64,000 nt of DNA from Myxococcota bacterium. Lineage in GTDB: Bacteria; Myxococcota_A; Polyangia; Nannocystales; Nannocystaceae. The stretch spans positions 453,632-517,631 of the forward strand of contig JBCCHT010000003.1 of the NCBI GenBank assembly GCA_039028615.1. Direction: 5' to 3'. The translations under genes were made by a program, and so were the position numbers. The notes under the pieces were generated by a model. That model did no database searches. It saw only the letters and a list, made by a program, of their open reading frames with translations, and was not told where the DNA came from. Position 1 is the first letter of the stretch; the number at the start of each line of letters is the position of its first letter. Positions 26,612 to 36,347 of the stretch are shown piece after piece.

Positions 26612-28306
26612 TCACTCGGGCTGGATGTACAGGCTGGTCAGCGGCACGTCGTCGAGGCTCAGCACCTGCACCGGTCGGGTCGTGCCCATGCCCTCCCACA
26701 GCGACTGCTCTTCGACCGCCATGTGCATCTCGTAGAAGAGCAGGCCCGTGCGGGCGCGGCGAGCCGGGCTCGGCTTGAGCCCCTGGGGCCAGCGACCTTC
26801 GCGTTCGTATTGTCGTCGCGAGTGCTCGTGGAGGTCGTGCATGAACAGCGGCCCGGAGCGTGACTCCAGCGTGGGCCACAGCTCGTGCATCGCGTGTCCC
26901 CAAAAGCCGCGGTTGAGCCCGAGGTCGGCCGCGCCGCGGGGACCTCCGGCCAAGGGAGCGTACTGCGAGAGGTTGTAGGGGTGCCCGTCGACGGTGGCGA
27001 TGGCGGTCGGTCCGAGGCACAGCGCGAGCGCGGCGGGGGCCAGCCATCGACCGCGCTTGCCCGGGTTGGCGGCGCGCCAAAGCTCGCGCCAGGCGACCAC
27101 CGCCGCAAGAGCGAGGAAGGGATAGGCGGTGATCCAGTGCTTGGTGCCGCCGAAGATCGGCGTGCTGGGCAGGCTGATGAGCGCGATGGGAAACAGGCCC
27201 AGCAGCGCGAGCCAGACCACGTCCAGGCGCGACCATCCCTTCGGCAGCGGTGCCGACCAGCGCGGGGTCTCGGTGGTCTCGACCGCCTCGCTTCGCAGCT
27301 CGTTGCGCCCGCTGAGCCACAGCCCCACGCCGCTGAGCAGCAGCAGCGCGCTGGGAACGGTGGCCCATGTCATGATCGCGGGATACGAGATCGGCATCGG
27401 CGGCTGGTTGTAGTTCTCGCCGAGCAGCTCCATGTTGTACCAGGAGTGGCTGCGGTGGAACTCGAGGTACTCGCCCATGCGCGCGACGGTGTCGCTCCAC
27501 ATCCAGGGCCATAGGGCCCATGCCACGAGCGGTGCGACGATGGCCATGCTCCACAGCGGCAGCGGAGCCCACTGCGCGCGGGTGATGGTGCGACCGTGTC
27601 GCCAGCGGCCCCAGGCGAGGCACGCGTAGTAGTGCAGCGCGAGCAAGGGCCCCAAGAACAGGGCGTTGTGCTTGATGGCGATGGCGATGCCCAGCAGGGG
27701 ACCCACCGCGATGGCCCAGCGACGATCGTGCAGCGCGGCTCGGTAGGCGAGGGCGACCCAGAGCGTGGCGACGGCGACGGGCACGTCGAAGGCGTGCAGG
27801 CCAGCATGGAACGCGACGCGAGGCAGCAGGATGAACCAGCCCGCGGCGAGCAGCCCGGCTCCCGTGCCCCCCCAGGCGTAGCCGACGAGGAAGAGCATGG
27901 CGACGCCGAGACCGGCCAGCAGCTGGGCGGGCAGGCGCATGGCGGCGCCCTCGGACATCGGACCCCGCGGTGGCGCGTTGGTGGCCGCTTTGCCTTTCTT
28001 GGGCGGGGGCGTGGACAGCCAGCGCGCGCTGAGGCCCGCGGCGATCTTCATGAGCACGGGGTGCTCGTGGTTGACGGCGAAGCTGCGATCGCGGAGCTTC
28101 CGATCGCTGATGCGGCCGGGCTCCTGGGCGACGGTGGTGACCCACGCGGCGTAGCTGCGGCTCGCGTCGAAGTAGATGCCCTCGTCGCGCGCATAGCCGA
28201 CGTCCTGGTGACCACGCGCGAGCAGTACGGTGGTCAGCAGTCCCAGGGCCAAGGCGAGCAGCCAAGACGCGGGAGGCCGACGGAAGGCGAAGCGACGACC
28301 GCTCAC
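26612..28306 (-). CDS. GT-C fold glycosyltransferase (PMT/ArnT-like, GT39/83)
   Basis: RDEGIY, NHEHPVLMK, FDVP, AIKHNA; many TM helices; GTG 28306 overlaps the upstream stop (GTGA). Confidence 0.85.
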   Translation of the reverse strand: MSGRRFAFRRPPASWLLALALGLLTTVLLARGHQDVGYARDEGIYFDASRSYAAWVTTVAQEPGRISDRKLRDRSFAVNHEHPVLMKIAAGLSARWLSTPPPKKGKAATNAPPRGPMSEGAAMRLPAQLLAGLGVAMLFLVGYAWGGTGAGLLAAGWFILLPRVAFHAGLHAFDVPVAVATLWVALAYRAALHDRRWAIAVGPLLGIAIAIKHNALFLGPLLALHYYACLAWGRWRHGRTITRAQWAPLPLWSMAIVAPLVAWALWPWMWSDTVARMGEYLEFHRSHSWYNMELLGENYNQPPMPISYPAIMTWATVPSALLLLSGVGLWLSGRNELRSEAVETTETPRWSAPLPKGWSRLDVVWLALLGLFPIALISLPSTPIFGGTKHWITAYPFLALAAVVAWRELWRAANPGKRGRWLAPAALALCLGPTAIATVDGHPYNLSQYAPLAGGPRGAADLGLNRGFWGHAMHELWPTLESRSGPLFMHDLHEHSRRQYEREGRWPQGLKPSPARRARTGLLFYEMHMAVEEQSLWEGMGTTRPVQVLSLDDVPLTSLYIQPE

Positions 28307-29223
28307 GAGGTGCCTTCCTGCAGGCTGCGCAGCTCGACGCAGGGCGCATGGGCGCGTCCTGGCTCGTAGCCGCTGCGTTGCCAGGTACCGCGCACGGCGG
28401 GGGTGAGCTCGAGCTGGACGTCGTGCTCGCCTGGCGTACTGGCGATGGCGAAGGGCCACCACGACTGCTCGTCGCTCACGAGCCACTGCCCGACGCGCTC
28501 GCCATCGATGGACACGCGCAGGCGTAAGGGGGCGTCGCTACGCAGCCGGGCGTTGAAGTCGTGAAAGGCCACGTGACCCCGCAGGACATCGCCCGTGGCC
28601 ATCTCGGGGTAGCGGAGGCGGACGGTGGCGCCGTCGCTCAGCTCGACCTTCAGGCAGCGACGGGGGCGGTAGTCGACCTCGGCCGTGGCTGGCCCCACGC
28701 GGCCTTCGTCGCAGGTGCGACGGCCCTTGCCTCGACATCGCCCGCCGTCGGTCTCGACCACCAGGTTCGAGGCTTCGGCTACGAAGTCGGCGAGAACGAG
28801 TCCGGCCTGCGCTTGCTCATAGGTCGACAAGCTCAGGCCGCCGAGCGAGCGGGTTTCCACGAGCGTAGGGGCGGGCAGGTCTTCGAGGTCGGCTTGCAGC
28901 GTCGGCGCCCACGCGTCGCCGGAGCGTCCCAGGACGTGAAAGCGGGGAGCGCCGCGCAGGTCGGCAGGGGCCACCGAGTCCCAGCCCGCCACGCGCGGCA
29001 GGTGCAGGCGAGCCCGAGGCCCGAGCCAGGGCGTGCCGAGCCACACGGGCTCTTCCGCGGGCAGCACCGCCAGCGCAGCCGAAGCCGCCTGCCAGTCGTC
29101 CGCGTCGATGCTGGGTCGGTAGACGAAGGCCGAAGTCACCAGCTCGACGGCAGCCAGGCCCAGCACGACACCGAGGGCGATTCGGGCCGAGCGACGACCG
29201 AGCAGCCCCTGCGTCTCGCTCAC
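28303..29223 (-). CDS. Hypothetical membrane-anchored periplasmic protein of the glycosylation operon
   Basis: GTG 29223 in a GTGA overlap; one TM; beta-rich C-terminus. Confidence 0.7.
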   Translation of the reverse strand: MSETQGLLGRRSARIALGVVLGLAAVELVTSAFVYRPSIDADDWQAASAALAVLPAEEPVWLGTPWLGPRARLHLPRVAGWDSVAPADLRGAPRFHVLGRSGDAWAPTLQADLEDLPAPTLVETRSLGGLSLSTYEQAQAGLVLADFVAEASNLVVETDGGRCRGKGRRTCDEGRVGPATAEVDYRPRRCLKVELSDGATVRLRYPEMATGDVLRGHVAFHDFNARLRSDAPLRLRVSIDGERVGQWLVSDEQSWWPFAIASTPGEHDVQLELTPAVRGTWQRSGYEPGRAHAPCVELRSLQEGTS

Positions 29224-31847
29224 GGGTGTGCCCCCAGGTCGAAGTCGAAGCCCAGCGGCGGCGGTGCCTTGCCCTCGGAGGTGATCACCACCCGCAGGTC
29301 GACCTGTTGCCCCTCGAGCGCGGCCGTGTCGATGCTGAGCAGGCGTCGTCCGGGGCGATGAGCGAGCGTGCTCTCCGTCAGGGACGTGGCGCTGCCGTCG
29401 GGCGCCAGGGCTTCGACGCGGAACCGGTGGCGACCGCGTCGTTTCATCTTGGCCGCGTCGTCGTCGATCGCGATCCAGCCGTCGAGTGTCGGTCCCAGCG
29501 TGACCTTGGGGAACACGACCTCGGCGGGAGCCTTGCGACGGGCATCGACCAGCACCGCGGGCAGGATCAGCATGTCGGTCTTGAGCAGCCCCGCGCGAGC
29601 ATGTCGACCCGGCTTGCCGTAGCCGTCGTCGAGCCAGCCGAAGGCCTGGGCGTCCTCGCGGGTGTCGGCCTGGGAGTGGCGGACCACCGCGCCGATGATG
29701 AGCAGCACGACCAGCCCGCCGAGCACGAAGGGGTGGGCGACGGGGCGCATGCGCTCGATGAGGGCGTCGAGGCGCTGGGTGGGGGCGGTGAAGCGATCGG
29801 GGCGCCACGCCAGCAACCCACAGAGCAAAAGCGCCACCAGCGAGAGCAGGCCGCTGGCGATGTCTCGACCCTGGCGCGGGTGGTAGCGCAGCTCGTACTC
29901 GCCGTCGCCGACCTGAGCCGCGATGAGGGTGGGCTCGGTGCCGTCGTCTCCGTGGGCCTTGCCGCCGCGCAGCTCACCCGCTCGACGGGACGCGGTGGTC
30001 GCATCGGGGCCGTCGCCGAGCACGGGGGCCTCGAACCACTCGATGGACTCGCCGTCGCGCTCCAGGGTCCAGCGGGGGAAGCCGCCCACCCCGAACACGA
30101 GCCGCGTGCCGTCCTCGGAGTCCGATACGCGCACGCGCACGACCCCGCCGTCGACATCGTCTTCCAGGACCTCCACGCGGCCCGGGCCGTCGAGCCAGGC
30201 GATGGGCAGCTGCTCCCAGCCATTGCGCTCGAGCACGCGGATCTGGCCGAACGCGGCCACCTGCTTGGCTCTTCGTGGACCCCGACGCCCGGTGGTGACC
30301 ACGTAGCGCACGCGCAGGGCGTCGAGCAGCCCGGTCTTGCCCGCCTCGGGCTTGTGCACGAAGTTGTCGCCGGGGGTGAAGCCCTGCTTGTACAGCGGCA
30401 TCCCGGTCAGCGCGGGCGCGTCCATGAACCAGTGCAGGTTGCGGGGCGCGATGACGGTGGTGCGGTAGGGCGGGTGCTCGGAGGCCTGTGCCCGCTCGTT
30501 GCTCATCCAGTCCACGAGCTGGGCGTACTCGCCATCGAACTGCGGCTGGCCGGGCATGCGCTCGAGCTGAATGGTGCCCACGTCGTGCTTGCGGCTCAGC
30601 TCGCGCTGGCCCGTGACCATCCACCCGCCCAGGCCGATTGCACCCGCGACGAGGGCGGCCGCGAGGGGGCGCGCCCACGGCTTGCGAAGCGGCCACAGCA
30701 ACCCGGCTCCGCGCAGCAGGAGGCCCAGGGCCGCCCCGGCCGCGAGCAGCAGCCCGGGCTTGGCCGAGGTCAAAAAGCGCTGGTACTGGATGTGGGCGAA
30801 GCCTTCGCTCAGCTGATCGAGCCGCAGGGTCCAAAGCGTGTCGCGACTGGCCAGCAGCCACTGCACGAGCGCGAAGGCAGCCACGAAACGAGCCGGACGC
30901 GAGCCGAAGATCGCCAGGCCCAGCAGTCCCGCGCTCGCGGTCATGCCGACCGCGGTGGGCATGGCTTGGGTCCAGTGTCCCTCGGCGACCTGGGCCGCCA
31001 TGCGATCGAGGGGCAGCCACATCCAGCCGTAGCTGGCCATCCACGCCCGGTGCGAGAGCATGGGCACCAGCCACCAGGCGGCGACCGACAGACCCAGCGC
31101 CGCGGCGAGGGCGGAGACGATGGCGGTGCGTCGCAGGGTGGCGACCGAGCGCAGGCCGACCGTCAGCACGAGCAAGGGGCCGCCGATCGCAAAGCTCAGC
31201 ATGGCCATGGGGTGGGCCAAAAGCGCGCCGCCCATCGCCAGTCCCGTGGTGGCCAGACGTCGCCGCCGCACGAGCGAGTCCTCGGTCTCGCAGGCGACAC
31301 AAAGCTCGGCCAACGCCAGCCACGTGAGCGCGGTGGACAGCGCTTGCGGCCAGACCCCGTAGGTGACCGTGTACATCCAGCCACCCTCGCGATAGGCCCC
31401 CACGTCGGCGAGCACGAGCAACGCGGCCACCAACCCGGGCACGGGGCCCAGGCCGAGCGCACGGCCGACCCGCAGCAAGGCCCAGCCTTGTACGGTGAAG
31501 ACGATGGCGAAGCCCAGCGCGTAGGCTTGCGGCCACGACAGCAGCCCGAAGCTCAGCGCCCGGATCCCCACGATCAGCAGATCGCCGAGCACGGGATACA
31601 GCTCGCCCACCGGGGTGCCGAAAAACCATGCGGTGCTCCACCCGCGAAGCTGACCCTGGGCCAGCTGCTCCGCGAACAGCGAGATCCGAGTCAGGTGCAC
31701 CGTGTGATCGGCGGAAAGCGGCATGCGCCCGCTGGGCACGGGCCACAGAAGCGCCAGCGACAGCCCGGTGACGAGCAGCCACGGCAGCGCGGCCCACAAG
31801 CGGCGGGCCCACGGGGGCGGGTCGGACCAGGGCATGCGCTCACCCAT
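29220..31847 (-). CDS. Large multi-pass GT-C-like membrane protein (YfhO/PTPS-related-like)
   Basis: ADHTVH, GWSTAWFFGTPVGELYP, GVWPQ; about 13 TM plus periplasmic domains. Confidence 0.75.
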   Translation of the reverse strand: MGERMPWSDPPPWARRLWAALPWLLVTGLSLALLWPVPSGRMPLSADHTVHLTRISLFAEQLAQGQLRGWSTAWFFGTPVGELYPVLGDLLIVGIRALSFGLLSWPQAYALGFAIVFTVQGWALLRVGRALGLGPVPGLVAALLVLADVGAYREGGWMYTVTYGVWPQALSTALTWLALAELCVACETEDSLVRRRRLATTGLAMGGALLAHPMAMLSFAIGGPLLVLTVGLRSVATLRRTAIVSALAAALGLSVAAWWLVPMLSHRAWMASYGWMWLPLDRMAAQVAEGHWTQAMPTAVGMTASAGLLGLAIFGSRPARFVAAFALVQWLLASRDTLWTLRLDQLSEGFAHIQYQRFLTSAKPGLLLAAGAALGLLLRGAGLLWPLRKPWARPLAAALVAGAIGLGGWMVTGQRELSRKHDVGTIQLERMPGQPQFDGEYAQLVDWMSNERAQASEHPPYRTTVIAPRNLHWFMDAPALTGMPLYKQGFTPGDNFVHKPEAGKTGLLDALRVRYVVTTGRRGPRRAKQVAAFGQIRVLERNGWEQLPIAWLDGPGRVEVLEDDVDGGVVRVRVSDSEDGTRLVFGVGGFPRWTLERDGESIEWFEAPVLGDGPDATTASRRAGELRGGKAHGDDGTEPTLIAAQVGDGEYELRYHPRQGRDIASGLLSLVALLLCGLLAWRPDRFTAPTQRLDALIERMRPVAHPFVLGGLVVLLIIGAVVRHSQADTREDAQAFGWLDDGYGKPGRHARAGLLKTDMLILPAVLVDARRKAPAEVVFPKVTLGPTLDGWIAIDDDAAKMKRRGRHRFRVEALAPDGSATSLTESTLAHRPGRRLLSIDTAALEGQQVDLRVVITSEGKAPPPLGFDFDLGAHP

Positions 31848-32469
31848 GGCGTTGCTGGGGCGTGCCGAGCAGGACCGTCCACGGCAGCGGCGTGCGCTGA
31901 GCCACCAGGCGCAGCTGGGTGCGGGCCAGACGAGCGAGCCCCCGCCGACCCCAGTGCTGGACATGGCCGGGCGTATTGCCCAGCTCGCCCAGGTAACGAC
32001 CCCGTGCGACGTTGAGCACCCGCCACACGGGCTCCCAGGGGGTCGAGATCAGCACGTGTCGTCGGGCCACCCGGGCCAGCTCGGCCAGGCCCTTGGCCGG
32101 CTCCTGCAGGTGCTCGAGGACCTCGCAGCACAGCACCAGATCGAAGGCGTCGTCGGGCCAGGGCAGCTCGTAGATCGAGGCCTCGCGTACGGAGATGTCG
32201 GGCGGTAGGTCGGGGCTCAGGCGGTCGAGCTCGACGTCGCAGATCTCGAAACGATCGGGGCGCGGGCCCTCGTGCCACAGGTGGGCCGCCAGCTCGCCCT
32301 CGCCACAGCCCACCTCGAGCACCTCGCTCGGCGCGGCGATGCGATAAAGCTCGGTGACCGAGCTCAGGAAGCTGCGCATCATGTGGCGCGCGATCGGGTT
32401 GCTCGTCCCGTACTTGTCGTAGACGTTGCCGACCACGTTGCCCGCGTCGGCCCGGGGCGGCGTGCTCAT
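31840..32469 (-). CDS. Class I SAM-dependent methyltransferase
   Basis: VLEVGCGEG, SIYELP, FDLVLCCEVLEH, NTPGHVQHW. Confidence 0.92.
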   Translation of the reverse strand: MSTPPRADAGNVVGNVYDKYGTSNPIARHMMRSFLSSVTELYRIAAPSEVLEVGCGEGELAAHLWHEGPRPDRFEICDVELDRLSPDLPPDISVREASIYELPWPDDAFDLVLCCEVLEHLQEPAKGLAELARVARRHVLISTPWEPVWRVLNVARGRYLGELGNTPGHVQHWGRRGLARLARTQLRLVAQRTPLPWTVLLGTPQQRHG

Positions 32470-33527
32470 GCCGGGGGCTCCTGCTCGGCGTCGATGGTGC
32501 CGCTGGCCGTCCAGGCGCTCGCGTCGGTGCTCTCGATGCCCTCGGCATCGCCCTCGCGACGGGCCAGGGCGGCATCGAGGCGGCGGATCCGGGTCATCAT
32601 CTCCTCGAGCAGCCGTCGGTTGGCGGACATGAGGTCACCGAGCAGCGCCATCAGCCCGACGAGGAACGCCATGACGATGGCCCCCACGCCCACCAGCAGC
32701 GATTGCACGTGGCCGCTGTAGCTCGGGTCGAGGATGTAGAAGTACAGGAAGCGCCCGCCGAGCAGGACGCCGATCACGAACAGCACCGCGGCCAGGAACC
32801 CGAAGGTCTGGACCGGCCAGTACATGTTGTAGGCCCGCAGGATCACGGCGCCGTTGCGGCGCAGGTACTCGGGGATCGAGCGAAACAGCCGCGACTTGCG
32901 GGTCTGCGGGTTGGTCTCGATCTCCACGTTCTCGAGCACCAGGCCGGCCTGTCCCGCCTGGATGATCGTCTCGAGGGTGTAGGTGAAGCGGTTGTGGACG
33001 AACAGCGTGGCCGCGGCGCGGCGGCTGAGCGCACGGAAGCCGCTGGTGGAGTCGGCGACCTCGGTGCCCGAGGCCCGTCGGACCACGCGGGAGCCCCAGC
33101 GCTGGAGAATGCGCTTGAGCAGCGAGAAGTGCTCGATGGTGTCCGTGCGGCGGTCGCCGACGACGACCTCGGCCCGGCCCGCCAAGATCGGCTCGACCAG
33201 GCGCGGGATGTCGGTGCCGCGATACTGATTGTCGGCGTCGGTGTTGACGATGATGTCCGCCCCGAGCCGCAGGCACGCATCGACGCCCGCGGTATAGGCC
33301 GCGGACAGCCCTCGATTGCGCACGAACCGGATGATGTGGTGCACCCCGAGCTCGCGCGCGAGCTCGGCTGTCCCGTCGGTGCTGCCATCGTCGATGATCA
33401 GCACCTCGATCTCATCGATCCCCGGCACTTCGCGCGGGAGATCGGCGATCGTCTGCCCGAGCTGTTCCCGCTCGTTGAGGCAGGGAATCTGGATGATCAG
33501 CTTCACCCGAGGTCGGGGTTGTACCAC
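32466..33527 (-). CDS. Glycosyltransferase family 2 (polyprenol-phosphate sugar synthase-like) with C-terminal TM helices
   Basis: IQIPCLNE, IIDDGSTD, NTDADNQY, DSTSGFRA. Confidence 0.93.
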   Translation of the reverse strand: MVQPRPRVKLIIQIPCLNEREQLGQTIADLPREVPGIDEIEVLIIDDGSTDGTAELARELGVHHIIRFVRNRGLSAAYTAGVDACLRLGADIIVNTDADNQYRGTDIPRLVEPILAGRAEVVVGDRRTDTIEHFSLLKRILQRWGSRVVRRASGTEVADSTSGFRALSRRAAATLFVHNRFTYTLETIIQAGQAGLVLENVEIETNPQTRKSRLFRSIPEYLRRNGAVILRAYNMYWPVQTFGFLAAVLFVIGVLLGGRFLYFYILDPSYSGHVQSLLVGVGAIVMAFLVGLMALLGDLMSANRRLLEEMMTRIRRLDAALARREGDAEGIESTDASAWTASGTIDAEQEPPA

Positions 33528-33620
33528 GGAAGGTTCACGCCGCCGCGCTCGTGCACCCGGGGGTACAGCCCCGAACGTGGCCCTCGGCTCCAGCTCGGAG
33601 GTGACTCTAAGATGCTTGAA

Positions 33621-34940
33621 TCATTCGGTAATAACCCCGGCTGTGACCCGAGTGACGCCCGCTTCTTCCAGGATTCGCTGGGTCCCGAACTTGGGCAGAC
33701 GCATGAAGCCGGACCACGCGGCCGCGGCGAGCGTCCCATCGCCGAGCCACTCGCGGATGCGGCCTCCGATGAACCGCGGGTCTCGCTGCTTGAGGCCGAC
33801 CCCTTGCTCGCGGATCCAGCGTCGGTTGAAGCGCTCGTGCACCCCCACCGGATCGGCGAGCACGAGCGGCAGGCCGAGCGCAGCGTAGAAGGTCAGCTCG
33901 CTGGGCTTGGTCCACAGGATGTCCGTGCGGCGCAGCAGGGCGTCGAAGGCCTGGAAGTAGCCGGGCAGGTCGACCTCGAGCAGGATCTCGATGCCGGAGC
34001 CGATGCGGTGCTCGAGGCCGGCGCGGGCGATCGAACGGCGGAAGCGCTCGGCGACCTCGGGGTGCGTGCCCGCGATGAGGGCCAGGCGCAGCTGGTCGCT
34101 CTCGATGCCCTCGCGCAGGCCGGGCAGGGCGGCGTCGATGAGCTCGGCTTGGGCCCCCGCGCCTCCGACGGCAAAGGTGAGCCGAGGGGCGCAGCCTTCC
34201 TGGGTCGCGGGTAGACCGGGGAAGAAGTGGGTGAGTTCGTGGTGGCACTCGTCGCGGAAGCTCCGACGAGGATCGAGCCGCACGAGCCTGCCCGCGAGGT
34301 CGCCACGCAGCACGTCGAGGTTCTCGTTTCCGACCAGTGAGGGGGGCAGGGGAAAGCCGGTGAACGCGAGGTTGTCCTCGGGCACGCCGTAGGCGGTTAG
34401 TCGCTGCATCACGCGGCGGGTGGGGGCGAGGTAGTGGATTCGGCTCCGACCGGGCCTCCGCGGCACCCAGACGCGGTTGATGTCCGCATCGGTGACGACG
34501 CAGTACACATCGTCGAGCCCCGCATGGTCGGCCACCACCGCCGGGGCATAGAAGGTGGTGATGAGCGGCTGCCCCCATTGCCGCAGGCGCTGCACCAGGG
34601 CATCCCCGAACCCGCCTTCGATCATGCGATCGAGGACGTGGGTCGCCGCGGTGGGCCCGGCGAGGCTGCGGTAGGGGTGCAGCGAGGGGATGCTGGTGGC
34701 CACGTCGAGCAGGCGTCGCACGGGGCGTCCGACCAACGGCAGGGCCGACCCTCGGGACATCAGCTCGTGGGCTCGTCGTACTGCGTGCCAGACCTTGCGA
34801 TCGCTGGCCGTGGCCAGGGGCGCCCGATCGGCGAACACGACGTCCTGCCCCAGGGCGTGTGCGAGCGGATTCGCGGCGCGAAGATGGCCATAGCCCATCT
34901 CGGCCGAGACGATGACGGGAAGACGGCGGGGTGCATCCAT
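33621..34940 (-). CDS. GT-B fold glycosyltransferase (MGDG synthase/GT28-like)
   Basis: MGYGHLRAA, ITTF, VVTD, TGFP, AVGGAG, DILWTKPSEL, GVHERFN. Confidence 0.8.
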   Translation of the reverse strand: MDAPRRLPVIVSAEMGYGHLRAANPLAHALGQDVVFADRAPLATASDRKVWHAVRRAHELMSRGSALPLVGRPVRRLLDVATSIPSLHPYRSLAGPTAATHVLDRMIEGGFGDALVQRLRQWGQPLITTFYAPAVVADHAGLDDVYCVVTDADINRVWVPRRPGRSRIHYLAPTRRVMQRLTAYGVPEDNLAFTGFPLPPSLVGNENLDVLRGDLAGRLVRLDPRRSFRDECHHELTHFFPGLPATQEGCAPRLTFAVGGAGAQAELIDAALPGLREGIESDQLRLALIAGTHPEVAERFRRSIARAGLEHRIGSGIEILLEVDLPGYFQAFDALLRRTDILWTKPSELTFYAALGLPLVLADPVGVHERFNRRWIREQGVGLKQRDPRFIGGRIREWLGDGTLAAAAWSGFMRLPKFGTQRILEEAGVTRVTAGVITE

Positions 34941-34949
34941 GGGAGCGTC

Positions 34950-36194
34950 CTATGCAGCTTCGTCCACGAGTTCTTCGGCGACGGGTGAGGTCACGATGGG
35001 CCGGGCGACGCGGCGAGGGGCAGGGTCGATGGGCGACAGCGAGGAGCCCGGTCCGACCCGCATGCGGTTGCCTCGCCACTGCACGGTGCGCATGAACCAA
35101 CCGCCGAGCCACAGGCCCAGCACCATGAGGTCCTTGAGCGGGATCCACAGCGGGGCGAGGCCGCGGGGTCCGGTGCCGCGCAGTCGGTGCAATGCGAACA
35201 GGTCGGCCATGATTTTCAGGGCGATCCCGAGCAGCGCGGCGCGAACCCACAGCGTCGAACTCAGGCTCAGCAGGCTCCCGCTGTGCAGTGCAGCGAAGGC
35301 GGCCGCGACCATCAGCGTGGGGATGGGGTTGAGCAGGGGCTCGCACGCATAGGCCGGGGGGGCGATCCAGCGACGCATCTGACTCCACCGCAGGTGCCGG
35401 GCGAGGAACTGCCTCGCGGGCCATCGTTCGTTGCAGGTCGTGATGATCTCGGCCGAGAGCACGACGCGATGGCCGGCGTCGTGGATCTTGCGGCCCAGCA
35501 GGTAGTCCTCGCCGAGCACGTCTTCCACCCCTCGGAACCCGCCTGCGTCTTCGAGGGCCTGGCGACGCATCAACATCGACTTGCCGACCACCACGGGGTG
35601 ATTGGCCAGCACCTGGGCCCCGCAGACCGCCCCGGCCACGAAGCTCCCCAGGTGCAGGTTCTCGAGCGTGGCGCCGAAGCTCCGCTCGCCGGTCCCGACC
35701 AGCACGTTGGAGACCAGGCCCACCCGCTCGTCGTGCAGCTCGGCCGCGGTCCTCCGCAAGTACTCGGGCCCCACGCGGACGTTGGAGTCGGAGACGAGCA
35801 GGTTGGGAAAGCGGGCGGCGCTGGATAGCGCGTCGAGGTTGGCGACCTTGGGGTTGAGTCCGGGCCCGCTGCGCCCCGGCACGATGCGGATGCAGACCTC
35901 GGGGTAGGCACGACGAATTCGACGCGCGACGGCGAGCGCGGGGTCGTCGGCATCGGCCGCGCCGAGCAGGACCTCGAAGCGACCCGGGTACTGCTGCGTC
36001 ACGAGGGACACCAAGTTGTCGTGGAGCCCTTCGTCGTGACCCTTGAGCGGCTTGAGGATGGAAATCGACGGGGCGTAGGCACGCGCACAGGGTCGTCGCC
36101 CGACGGTGAGATGGAGGCTCACGTGCGAGGCGAGGGTCGTCGCCATCGATGCCGCCGACAACACCACGATCACAATGAAGAACACTTCGAGCAT
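34950..36194 (-). CDS. Ceramide glucosyltransferase / HpnI-like GT2 (GT21)
   Basis: SILKPLKG, GLNPKVANL, SDSNV, GKSMLMRR, LGEDY, RHLRW. Confidence 0.9.
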   Translation of the reverse strand: MLEVFFIVIVVLSAASMATTLASHVSLHLTVGRRPCARAYAPSISILKPLKGHDEGLHDNLVSLVTQQYPGRFEVLLGAADADDPALAVARRIRRAYPEVCIRIVPGRSGPGLNPKVANLDALSSAARFPNLLVSDSNVRVGPEYLRRTAAELHDERVGLVSNVLVGTGERSFGATLENLHLGSFVAGAVCGAQVLANHPVVVGKSMLMRRQALEDAGGFRGVEDVLGEDYLLGRKIHDAGHRVVLSAEIITTCNERWPARQFLARHLRWSQMRRWIAPPAYACEPLLNPIPTLMVAAAFAALHSGSLLSLSSTLWVRAALLGIALKIMADLFALHRLRGTGPRGLAPLWIPLKDLMVLGLWLGGWFMRTVQWRGNRMRVGPGSSLSPIDPAPRRVARPIVTSPVAEELVDEAA

Positions 36195-36347
36195 GGCGGG
36201 CGCAGAAGATCACGCCCGTGCATCGACGAGGTCTGCGATCGGCAACGGCCCCGTGACATCCAAGGGCAGGGCGTAATCCTCACCGCAGCGTGACTCTGCC
36301 GTGAAGCTCGTGATCACGTGGTCACTCGGCTCCGTTAAAGAACGGGC

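Noticed and set aside
29226..32015. 929-aa plus-strand ORF and other long overlapping ORFs (e.g. 11470-13431, 18576-20354, 38662-40293)
   Set aside because: Antisense shadows of well-supported genes; stop codons are rare in high-GC DNA; no motifs
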